A DNA stretch of 64,000 bases from the NCBI GenBank assembly GCA_040954595.2, contig CM082576.2:15423028-15487027 (forward strand), given 5' to 3'. Below are positions 51,076 through 62,600 of this stretch, one piece after another; positions within the stretch are counted from its first letter, which is position 1; each line of letters opens with the position of its first letter. A model generated the notes under the pieces. It worked only from the letters and a program-made list of their open reading frames with translations. It was not told where the DNA came from and ran no database searches. This stretch comes from Balanoglossus misakiensis. Lineage: Eukaryota; Animalia; Hemichordata. A program made the position numbers and the translations under genes.

Positions 51076-54000
51076 CTGGAGTACAAGAAAAGACATGTTA
51101 CATTGTCACGTTCAAACGTCAAACGCATGATTGCGATAAGTCTGGAATGATAAAGAACAATGATTGGTGACCTCATTAACTCACATGATATAAGAACTTC
51201 AACTGCCACAAACAATCGACAAATATTACAAATTTACAGTTTAAATTAAGCGAGAATCAGGTATTCTGAATTGTGTTTTTTTACGTTTCAATTTGCATGT
51301 ACGGGGAAGAAATACATTGTATTACATATTACTCTCAATGGACTAGTAATTCGATATCTACAAACATTACTTGATATTCCAAGTAATCACAGACAGCTGT
51401 AATGAAACGCTATTTTTGATAAACTTGCCATTCAACAACACCAATTCATGTCCTCACCTCAAAACTAAAGTCACAAAATTCTTCGAGTTGCCAGGTAAAG
51501 TGGCAGGGAAACCTCTGCAGTATTTCTCCATTGGACTTTCCTGTATCCTTTAATCTCATTATGTGTGTAACCGAAAATTCTATTGGACAGTAAAAACAAA
51601 GTTTGGGTTATAAACTGATTTCACGATTTTAATTTTAAATTGAGATATGTTTATTGAAATTAACTTTTTATTATGGTATTACAACATTTTGAAAGAGAGT
51701 TGAATTGTATGAACCGGTGAATTCAATATATTTGTCAGCGCAACAACGTAAATTGTCTACCAGCAAAAGAAACCAAAACAAACGACACACCGTCAATATT
51801 GAGCGATTTTGTTCCTTCAGTTTATTGAACCGATTTTCCTTTGGGAAAATCAGTTCAAATTGACGAAAACTAATAATTTAGTTTTGAAAAAAAATATGCC
51901 GGACTATGTTAAGTATAATCATTTTGCAAGGAATGTCAATTGCGGGAAAGAACACCCAAACTAAGCGATTTTTTAGACCGAATGCTGGTATTTATTTGCT
52001 TTTGCAGCTAGACCAAACAAATCTGTAATAGAAAATAAATTCGGCTTTTCATGGTCATGCATACTTTCATCATTGAAGTTATTAGGAGCACATTCTTATT
52101 CTTTTATTTGGAGCAGATGATAAAACGGATGCATGGATAAGTCACAGATAACTGCATTACCTTCGATGTTTTTGTCTGCAGGTGGCGCAATGGGAGTTTT
52201 CGTTTCCTTAAGTTCGTCCGTAGCCTGAAGTAACTGCCGATTTTTGTCCTTTAGTTTGATGTTTTCATCCATGGCTGTTTGATTTTCCTCTTTCAGTTTG
52301 ATATTTATCATGGTTAGTTTAGAAGCTTTGTCTTCGCTGCTTTCCTTCATTTTCTTCAGAAGCTCACATGACTGCTTACTTTCTTCACTTTCCCTCTTAA
52401 GGATCATACATTCTGTCTTCCTGGATTGTAGCAGTTCTCGAATCTCCTTGATTTCGTTAAAGAGCGAAGTGATGACAGAGAGATAGTTGTCTGTCGAGAT
52501 TGGTTCCAAGACACGAGCAGCTCTTTCCTTTGAAAAAGATTCCGCCAGAATCTTGTCCGACTCTTTGGTGCCAATGTTCAAGATGTTGACGCCATCTTGA
52601 TTGACAAGTCTCTTAAGTTCTGATGAAAATATGATATAAAATTGTTAGCAAAATGTTATATATGATCGATATGATGTACCCCCATTTTAAATAGAGTATT
52701 GGTTGACCAATTGCCCTCCCTAAATGTTTTTGAACACTGACCTTCTCTATCATATCTGAATGTCTCTCCCTCTGGTAAGGTGATTGAAGACAACTGTTTG
52801 CTATCTAAAATCAAACACCGTCTGATTCCTAGAACCCCGAGAACTTCTGGCCGTTCATCCAACAATGTAGATAGCTGTAGGGGGCGTTGTATTTTTACCA
52901 ACATCACAACTGGTCTCTGTGTGTCTCCCACATCAACATCTATCTCAGTTTCCAAAGTGCCAGAACCACCAAGTAGTTTTGATAAACCGATTCTGTTTTG
53001 ACGTGTGGCGTAGACATGTCGATCAACCTCCAAGGCAACCATTGCACTATTGTCATCTACAGGTATAAGGATTGATAATAGCCAAAACAAATTGTATGTA
53101 TTCTCATTGAAAGGGGCATATTTTTACACAGTAGTGCGGGAGTATACTTTTTATGCAAACATTTCAAACACATGGATTATTAGCTGGGAACATAAGGACC
53201 TTTGGAGGCGTTCAAAATATCATGATAAGTCATGTCTTATTCTGTAAGCACTTGCCTGGTTCAATCAGAATATCTTCAAGTTCTGAACACTTCTCTCCAC
53301 ATATATCACATATGTCAGCCGATTTCACTTCCGGGTCAAAACCTACAAAGAAATAGGTCAACGTCATGACATTTTTATTGATTTAATTTCCTATTTACAA
53401 GCCGGACAAGTATTTTGTGATGGTGAGAAAGTCATTATCGGACATTGTATACGTGTTTGACAAGAAATATTTCAATGTTCTAACCTCCACAAAAAATTCA
53501 CAATCTTAGATTAGGCCAATACTTCGGAGATTGTATTTAACATTTGTACGTAGCCTCTTCATCTACATTCTCAACAACATCTCTCATCTGCTTTGATTTT
53601 GTATGAAAAGCATACTGCATTTCAACTTGTACAGTGTTTGGACATGAAAATATATAGATAAAATGGATACTCTGAAATACATTTGTGTTCGGTCTGGTCT
53701 AAGCATTTTCGTCACGGGATATGAATATTAACTAATAGGACCTTCTATATTTATTTCATGTAAATACTGACGCTATTCAACGACATTTACATATGGCATC
53801 ATATCAGGTCCAGTAATCGTTTTCATTTAAGTTGAGAACAAATGTTTGCTCTGAAATCAGCTTACCTTCTTTCATGTACTTCAATTCTGCCCGACACCGT
53901 CTATATCGCCACACCTCTATGGTTGTCTTCAGGGGAACATCCGATACGTTTAATCTACGAAGCGTAGATTCTGTGACGATATCAACCTTGAACAGTTCCC

Positions 54001-56187
54001 CCAGTTGCCCTCGTCTGTAGTCGCTCCATAATTTCTCCAACGCGTCCGATGTCTGACATGCCAATACAACACACAGACACCCTTGCTTGATTTCTTGAAT
54101 TGTAATTCCACCAACACTGTTCAGATACTCTTTCACCTTTGGTAAATCGTCTTCAGATTTGATGCTGTTAATCTCTCTTTCTATGTGTTCAACCTGATCT
54201 GGAGTCAAGTTAGCACCGGAGACGTCAATATGAATCTCGAGTTCCCCTGAAATAAAGTTTATCAATATTAATATATATTAGCATTGGCGTGAAATAATTT
54301 AACTGCAGCCTGAACATGTATTAAACACGCAAGGGACAAATTCATCATCTTTAAAATCTGTACCATTTGAATTTCAGGGCAGGAGAAACCCACTTTTGTT
54401 CGAAACATCCCATAATTCTAGATGGAGAAATCCATACATTGTATCGCGAGTGTGCTTACGCAATGAATATTTTACCTCGAGTTGATCTGAAGGTATGTGT
54501 GTAAGTATGTCCACCACCAGAAGCTTGTCCATCGTTGTGGTCATCGTTACCATGGCCACTATCGAACCCGTTGCCGGATGGGAGATTTTCGGCCTGCCCT
54601 CCTGCGCTGTTGCTATTGGAAATCGAACTTCCTTGTTCCTGGCCTTGGATTGTTTCAGGACGCCCGACATCTAGAAAGGGGTAAGAAGAATTGCAGGAAT
54701 CCAAATGTCAACATCTTGTTATTTAAAATAATACATTTGTCATATGCCATATGTGAGTTTACATCTACATGTGTAACACCTAGTAGCAATACACGTTCTC
54801 CAACTGTTCGTCTGTAATTTATATCGGTGTTATTGTACATTCCGATACCAATTAAAGTGTTTTATGCAACGTTTCACATGTAATATTTTCTTCTTGAAGA
54901 CAGTCACTATCATTTACCTTTTGAAGGTTCTTCCCCAGGGTCTTCACACTCTGCAGAACTAATTGTAGAAGACTCCAGCAATTTCTTTTGTTGAACTGCA
55001 ATGAAACCATTCTCTGCGGAGTTATGAAGGGCTTTTCTCAATTCTTGGGATGCGTTCTTAGCACGACCATATTTACACAGGACAGGCATGATGGTATCTA
55101 ACCATTTTTCACTTTCGCTTTCGACATTTTGACATAGTCCAGTGTCACAGGACGGGACAGAGATGGCGGGGAAGTGTTCATCTATGAACGATGCAAGGCC
55201 TGATTGCTTTGGTTGTATTGTGGGCACACCGGCAGCACAAGACATAAGACCAATCACACCAAACGGGTCACCTTTTGTTGTAAATATTACCACGATGTCA
55301 CACTGCATCAGATCTTTCTTTAAGTGGTCCATCGATGCGTTGTTTGGATGCAGCTGAATATTCACCAGGCGTGACGCGGCCATCTTCTCCAGTTTCTGCT
55401 GAAACGTTTTGCATGGTGTTGATGTTACAAGTCCCCTGAACTTCCACTTAGTCTTTTTGTCATAATAGTTAAAGTGGCGAGCAACTTTTCCCATACTTAG
55501 TGCTGCTGCTTCGAATTCCTTCAGATCTTGTAGACTTGATATTGTGTGTACAGACAGGACTTCTATGGTGTTCCCTAACTCTGAAATACTGACTGAACGT
55601 TGGTCAACGCCCGTCTTTGTCAAGGGAATGTACTGCTCGTGCTTCACTTGTGAATTCACAGAAGCTTGAATCTTCCTCTCATAATCATCGTATACTGATT
55701 GTCCAACTGACAAAATGGCGGAAGCCGTATTGATATAGTCCATAATTTCACCATCAAATATATCCAAGTCAAAAGGCTCCAAGCTCATGTTGTCTGGCAT
55801 GTCAGACAAAACTGGAACAAATCTCGGAATCCCAAGATCTTCTTGAATACACTTTGCAACATCGGCAGTTCCATTCTTGCAAGCAGTACCATATATTGTT
55901 GTTATCGGGAGACATTTCTTCAACTCGGGGAATAGAGCACGATGTAGCATTAACCAGTCCCTTGACGGTTTCCCTTCCCCCTTTACAGTTGGAAGAATCA
56001 ACTCCACTCTATGTTTGCTCGCGTCCTTCATCTCTGCGTCAGTTGCTTCCAAAACCATGTAGTAGACTTTATTTTCTCCGAGAGCAAGATCTATCGCTAT
56101 TTGTCTTTCAGTGATACATGTTGCTATGTTGCGTCTTCTCGGCCACCATTCTTCTCCAACAAACAACATCTGGTTAATGCGAGACAT
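49852..56187 (-). CDS. Multidomain protein (~1337 aa): degenerate GT4-like glycosyltransferase, linker, TRADD-N-like domain, unknown domain, coiled coil, IFIT-like TPR domain
   Basis: Exons 54918-56187, 54476-54670, 53866-54246, 53256-53342, 52742-53056, 52161-52619, 51458-51540 and 49852-51075 join into one 4014-nt frame with matching phases and one GC-AG intron. Confidence 0.8.
51458..51540 (-). CDS. 83-nt exon with the IFIT N-terminal signature; absent from the ORF track
   Basis: tacag|GA ... GAG|gtgagg; encodes GKSNGEILQRFPCHFTWQLEEFCDFSFE (CHFTW); bridges phase 1 to phase 0. Confidence 0.88.
52161..52619 (-). CDS. Coiled-coil exon
   Basis: catcag|AA ... G|gtaatg; E/K/L-rich heptad-like sequence. 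Confidence 0.8.
52742..53056 (-). CDS. Exon encoding an unassigned ~105-aa domain
   Basis: cctgtag|AT ... GAAG|gtcagt; phase 1-1, open frame. Confidence 0.7.
53256..53342 (-). CDS. 87-nt Cys-containing exon with a GC donor
   Basis: ttgtag|GT ... CCAG|gcaagt; encodes GFDPEVKSADICDICGEKCSELEDILIEP. Confidence 0.6.
53866..54246 (-). CDS. TRADD-N-like domain exon
   Basis: GCLCVVLACQTSDALEKLWSDYRRGQL...VTESTL...LKTTI...YRRC matches the TRADD-like N-terminal domain pattern; phase 1-1. Confidence 0.82.
54476..54670 (-). CDS. Low-complexity G/S/N/D linker exon
   Basis: ttctag|AT ... CGAG|gtaaaa; phase 1-1. Confidence 0.7.
54918..56187 (-). CDS. First coding exon: GT-B/GT4-like (Glycos_transf_1-like) domain, catalytic motif degenerate
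   Basis: tcttgtag|G ATG; DLMQCDIVV...DPFGVIGLMSCAAGVPTI...SGLA resembles GT4 EPFGLVxLEAxAAGVPV; donor AAAG|gtaaat. Confidence 0.82.
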
Positions 56188-57652
56188 CCTACAAGATGAA
56201 TAAATATACACACAAGATGTATGATGTGATTTTATTTGATATGGTACGTATACAAATTAGCAATTAACTTACATTACGTGTACATCGCTAAATAGAAAAC
56301 CTAAATGTATTGGATATCAATCAATCCATCAATCGTATGTGAAAACTCTATCTTTAGAAAATTCAGTCATATTTGACTTATATACAAATTGCACAAGTTC
56401 GTGAAATATGCAAATTGGCAGTAAGTCATCGCGGCACTACTAGATAAATCATATTTCATTCAAGTGACTTTAAGATCAATGTCTGTTAAACGTTTTATGA
56501 TCCAATCTGCTGTAGTTTTATGTAAATATGTAAATAAGATGTTTATTACAGTGACATCGCTAAATATTTGATAAGACATTCATATTTCTTCTCAGATCAA
56601 TAGCTTTACAGCGTTCTATGCAATTTGGCGTTGAAATGTGAGCACAGCGTCATTGGCACCATTTATCGGTAAACGGTGGTACATACGGGTCTATGATATT
56701 GTTTCTGTTCAGAAAACAGATTTGATACAACGGCATCAAAAACTCAAGTATTGGCATTCCAGGCGTTATTTCACAACAACATGGTTTTACTGTCCATTAA
56801 TCTGGCTCTTCGCATTGTTTTAATTAACAGCTGAATAAGTTTAAAGTAAAGCATTTGCGCAAAGTTTGTCAATATACCACATCCGTACTGAAACGGGACA
56901 CTTGAGGAATCGCGACGCCAGAATTGGCACACTACCCCAAACTTTGTGTTTGTGAGGTTGACTAATTCCTCTAGGCCTTTCAGCCTTGGTTATCATGCAT
57001 ACAGTTCAAAGTACTTGTCAACCACTTGATTTGTGCATTAGATTTATTATATCTACCAACTGTGGACAGCAACGGATATATACATCACTAACATGTAAAT
57101 TACAATACTTCTGTGTTTGCCACGTTCACTGCTAAGGGCACTGTTATACATTCTAAAATATTGTAAATGGTTGTCTAAATTACGCCACCTTTGTAAATAG
57201 AGAACTTTCTGTAAGTGTGTCCACTTTCTAGGACATATGTAAGTTGAAAACAAGCAGGACAATAAATCATTAGATCAGTCGATATGAGGTGACAGATATA
57301 CGCCCTTTGTCCGAATAGAAATTTAAGACCCGGTATAGGTAGACACATCAGAATTGAACTGCATCGATTATGACTCTGAATGTGAATGGTAAATTTGATT
57401 CACATACATTGCAGAGCACTGATTTTACGAGAAATCATAGCTATCTGTTTCGCCATGCGCATTCGTGAATTCTAACCTTTCGAAGTGTTTTCACTCCGCC
57501 GTGGTGTAAAAGTGGTTGTCGATGATTAAATGTCAGGCCACACAATCTATTACCACCGACACACAGTCACACAGGACAGAAGTTTCAGGTTGTTCGTATA
57601 TCTGCGCGAATTCACACCTTTCTGAAGTCACCGCCACTTTGCACCTCCTTAA

Positions 57653-58367
57653 GGTGGCATTGCATGAAAACTTGTGATTTTTGCCAAATTTTACTTTTTT
57701 ACATAAATCGGTAGGCCTAATACTGACCCACATCCTGTCTAATACGTCTTGGCGGAAATGGTGCATAATCACCCCAAAATAGCACTTTTCTGAATGAGTT
57801 CACAGCTTAACAAATAGGTGTCAACAATGCAAATGGCCGTTTTTCTCAGTTTGCATTTTCGCTGCTCTTGACAACTTCAGACGAAAATAGCTTCGCTCTG
57901 CGCTGGCCGAATTTGCTCAAATTTTAACTGGGGATTGTGTATGACCCATCCAACAAAACGGTATTTTTGTTAGTCGATAAAGTGTCCCTGGCGGGAATAA
58001 ACTCTGATTCAATACAACTCACCGTGAAAATCTAACTTTCAAACGCTGTTACTCCTCAATGGAAGCAGATAACGCAAAACAAAATTACCGTTTTTTTGCA
58101 CGTGTACTCTAGTTTCGAATGACATATTAAGATGCATGATGCATGGTCAACTTTTTTACCTAATTTAAATTTAATGACATAATATCAAAAAAATGTTTTT
58201 TTTCACCCAAAATCGCCACCATTTCCGGGGATCAATAATATTTGCAACTCAAACAAAAGTTCAAAAACTCAGCTCCCATAATATATACGGTTTATGGGGG
58301 TTTTAACGTTGTCTTTGATGAGAAATAGGTCTCTGAAAAAGTCTTGACGGTTTCATGCAATGCCACA
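57653..58367. mobile_element. Non-autonomous Kolobok-like DNA element, 715 bp
   Basis: TTAA|GGTGGCATTGCATGAAA ... TTTCATGCAATGCCACA|TTAA (17-bp TIR with one terminal mismatch, TTAA TSD). Confidence 0.85.
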
Positions 58368-59196
58368 TTAAGTGGCAACCAGACAAAATGGGGAGGGGGG
58401 GGGGATATCGGGTGTTTGCCTAACCTCACCCACACCCACTTATATTTAACTTATGGCCCTAATCAACAACACCAACATTTATGAGGGGTTATAAAATGGC
58501 GCCAGATTACATTAATGTGATGAAGTGGGATGTAAATTTATACAGAAACATATTCAGCTCCCTACATTGCCGAAAATGACGCAATCAATACGGTTCTGGT
58601 AAACATATACTCGGTCGATCACTACAAATAATTTTTCGAATACCGAATATATGTATTGATCACTTTAGTATTCTTTTAACGCTAACTCATGTGTTAAAAG
58701 ACATACGGCATGTTTACTAAATATCAATTCGACTGCCCCAAAATTGTTTAGAAGACGAGTTTTTGCTTGTTTTACAAAATTTCTTGACATAAAACCATAC
58801 TCCGTCACAATATGAACGTTTGCACTTAGTAAATGCTTCGTCGGGTTGAAAATTATAGCTAGTCGTTTGGTCACCCGTTCTTGGACGGTCATAACAATTT
58901 GTTGTTTTACCGCGTTCACCATACATATAGTACAAATCTCACTCTTTCTGCTTCGGGCTGAAACCGAGAACTTTAAGAATGAATACTTTTACACTAAGAA
59001 ATATGCTCATTTTCTGGTATGCTGGTCATTGTTCGTGTAGAAATCTCATGTGAGGGGTATACGCCCTTCAACCAGGTTTTTACCTTACGCTCCGTACCGT
59101 GTACGTACATATGCAAATGAAAATTTTGCTGTTGATTCAGTATATGCTCCTGTCACTACACGTCTCAGTGCCATATACATTTCTACAATTCCTCAC

Positions 59197-59606
59197 CTGT
59201 TGAAGAGTTTCACCCTCCCTTGGTGTTCAACGATGGTCTTCGAAGATTTAAACCAGAGAGGCTACAAGAATGTTTAAAAGGCTTGGGTTACGAATAATCA
59301 GGTCTCTGCTGCCTTTTCAACTCAAGCGGAACATAAAACGTCACACCGCCATTTTGGTCGTTGGTCAACAGACGAAAAGTGGTGTTGGTTGGTTATTATC
59401 ACATCGAGGCTCACGTGGACTTTGAACGTTAGTGTAAATCCTTGTATTAAGGCAAATCAACAACTCAGCAAATAAACTCCAATACTCCTTTTGCGCATTC
59501 CTCGGGAGATTTTTATGCGCATGCGTAAATATATGCAAATCACTAGTTTGACCTAGAAGCGGCAGGGTAGAAACGTCACGTCTGTAGTTTGTTGACATCG
59601 CGAACA
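59197..59606. promoter_or_regulatory. Candidate bidirectional promoter and minus-strand 5' UTR exon
   Basis: Minus-strand donor CAACAG|gtgagg at 59197, YY1-like AAAATGGCGG (minus strand, 59346-59355), NRF1-like TGCGCATGCG near 59516, plus-strand ATG at 59607. Confidence 0.4.
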
Positions 59607-62600
59607 ATGGATGCGACTGGCACTACACCGAGCCAGGCGAAGATCGACGACCTACAAAAAAAAAACTGTGAAACAACTCAAAGAAATATTGAAATTAAGA
59701 GGATTGAAGACCGGTGGCAAGAAAAGTGATCTAATAGCGCGGATTCTTGCGGTTTTGTGCGAAAATCCATCGGTTGGCAGTGGCACCGCTTGTAGTACCG
59801 GCGGGAGTTCGACGACTGACGCAGGCCCGTCTTGCTCATCAGATGTAAGACATCATGACGAAAATGAACGTGCGTGGTCCGTGGATGGCCTGCTTTCTTC
59901 AACGGTTGGTGGACAGAACGTGTGGACAACCGATCTCCGACGGGTGCCAGTGTTTACGTTTGTCCAGCTGTATCAGTATCTGGTCGACGTGTCGGCAAAA
60001 TATTCTCCGAGCTATATGCAGAACGTTGGGTACAAACAGATGAAGGCGTTCAAGTTTTTTGCAGAAGGTCACGTCTCTAAGATTGAGGTCCTCCGAGGAG
60101 AAATGTCAACCATTGTTCGAGCAAAAGTAAAAGCGAGTATGAAGAAAAGGGTGTACAGAACGGTTGTCACGATCGCGCTGAACGGGAATGTGAAACAAGC
60201 TGCGTGTGAATGTCCGGCTGGGTAAGTGTTTACAAACAACCTGTTTTACTTCCGCGTTTAATATGCGGCGACAAACACTTGACTAGCTGGCTAAATACCG
60301 TTTCGAAACGTGAATCTATTGCATGTATTGTTCAATACTTCTGAAAACCGAAGAGGTTGGTGATGATATAGCTTTATTTGCCGGGTGTATCAAAATATAC
60401 GTGCAGTGAGTTGTGGAAGCCATAGGTGCGGGGAGGGGGCGTGGCCGGCACTCTATGGATGTACATGTACATGTAACCACCAGTGAACTACTAGTAAACA
60501 AAGGCACGTCAATAGATTCTTTAAAAATTGCTCTGAAAGTCATGCCCCACTTCTATAAAGTTTGTACTCCATTGTCCTCTCGTGGAAGAGCAAGCTGGGT
60601 TCAGGAAAGGCTATTGTACCATTGACAACATTTTTATTTTATACACAATCATTTCTCATTACATGTCACTCAGTGGAAGACTTTATTGCGCATTTATTGA
60701 TTTCGAAAAAGCATTTGATAAGGTCAATCATGCATTGCTATTTTATAAGTTATTCAAAATGGGAATTCGAGGGAAACTTTTTACCGTATTACGTTCTATG
60801 TACTCCGATGTTAAAGCATGTATTCGTACACCTGTGGGAATAACTGATTTTCTCAGATGTGAACTTGGCGTCCAGCAGGGCAATATTTTATCACCTCTGC
60901 TTTTCACTCTTTTCATCAATGACCTTGGTAAAGCTGTACATCACAACTTTGCAGGAGTTCATATTGCATGTACCAAACTTTTTTATTTATTATTCGCCGA
61001 TGACTTGTCCCTTTTTAGCAGTACACCTATTGGCCCCCAGCGTCTTTTGAATAAGTTGTCTTTGTACACATGTAAATGGAAGCTAAAAGTGAATACGGGT
61101 AAATCAAAGATAGTTGTTTTCAGACGTGGGGGGAGGTTAAAATCAGATGAAAATTGGTTTTTAGATGGTACAAAACTTGAAGTTGTTCCTTTTTACAATT
61201 ACCTGGGCATTGTTCTTTCAAGTTCGGGTCTATGGGATCAAGCACAGAGACATCTAGCAACCAAAGCCTCAAAGTCTTTATTTGAAGTTAAGAAGGCTAT
61301 TGCACGTTTTGACTCCATCGATGTTGATCTTGCATTTAAAATCTTTGATAGTAAAATCCTTCCAATTTTAATGTATGGAAGTGAAGTGTGGGGTTTCCAC
61401 CAGGCCGACCAAATTGAAATAGTACACAATAAATTCTGTCGTTTTATTTTGAGATTGTATGGCAATGCGACCACTCTCGCTGTTAGGGGTGAGCTGGGGC
61501 GTTTTACAATTCGTACATGTAGACTTGTAAGGATTATCAAATATTGGCTGCGCTTGCTTTCAATGCCACAGCAGCGTATTGTGCAAAAATGCTATATTTT
61601 CCAATATAAGGAAGCTGAAAAGAGTAAACCATGCTGGGCCTATGATGTTAAGACCTTGTTGTTTTCTTTTGGTATGGGCGAAGCTTGGCTTAATCAAGGT
61701 GTGGGTTGTGATGTTAACTTTATTAATTTATTTAAACAGAGATGTCGAGACATTGATATTCAGAATTGGTATTCAAATTTACGTCTGTTTCCCAAAATGG
61801 ACTGTTATCGTACTTTCAAAATGACCTTTGGGCAAGAGCATTACTTATCATGTATTGATAACGATTCACATAGAGAAGCCATGTGTCGTTTTAGAGTTTC
61901 TGCGCATGCACTACGCATCGAATCAGATAGAAAATTACGTAACGAGCGCTCAGAAAGAATTTGTGTATATTGTAATTCTGCAAGCATTGAAGACGAGTTC
62001 CACTTTAGTATGATGTGTCCTCTATATCAGGAGTTAAGGTCAAAATATATCCCAAGGTATTTTTACATAAATCCTTCCTTTCAAAAATTTACCCAGCTTT
62101 TACAGTCTCAAAACACAACTATTGTACGCAATTTTTCAAAATTTATCTACTATGCCATGAAGATGCGTTCCGAGACTGTTGAAGAACTTTCAACCGTGTA
62201 ATACTGATTGTACTTGTTTCTAGTTGAGTGTCCCTCTGTACTTTTCTTTGTATGACTTTTGTGATTACTAGGAGGCCGGAGGCCTACAGTATCCGAATAA
62301 ATCACATATATTTAATAATAAAGTTTGTACTCAGTGCTACATCATAATATTCGCTTGATTTTGTTGTGTGTGTGTTGTTGTTTTTTTTGGGGGGGGGATA
62401 TATATTGGATGTAAACAAAGTCCCTTTAAATTGTGTTGCATTTTCATTTACAGTAAAGGAATTAATGGTCATGGCAGATGTAACCATGTAGCAGCTCTTC
62501 TGTTTGCTCTTGAAGACTTCTGCCGAAAAGGACTGCATGAAAATGAAGAGCCAGTTTCTTGTACAAGTATTCTATGCAGATGGAAAAAACCAAGAACAAT

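Noticed and set aside
52620-52680. Alternative donor at 52680 (GGG|gtacat)
   Set aside because: Phase 0 leads to a stop in the next exon; the phase-1 donor at 52742 keeps the frame.
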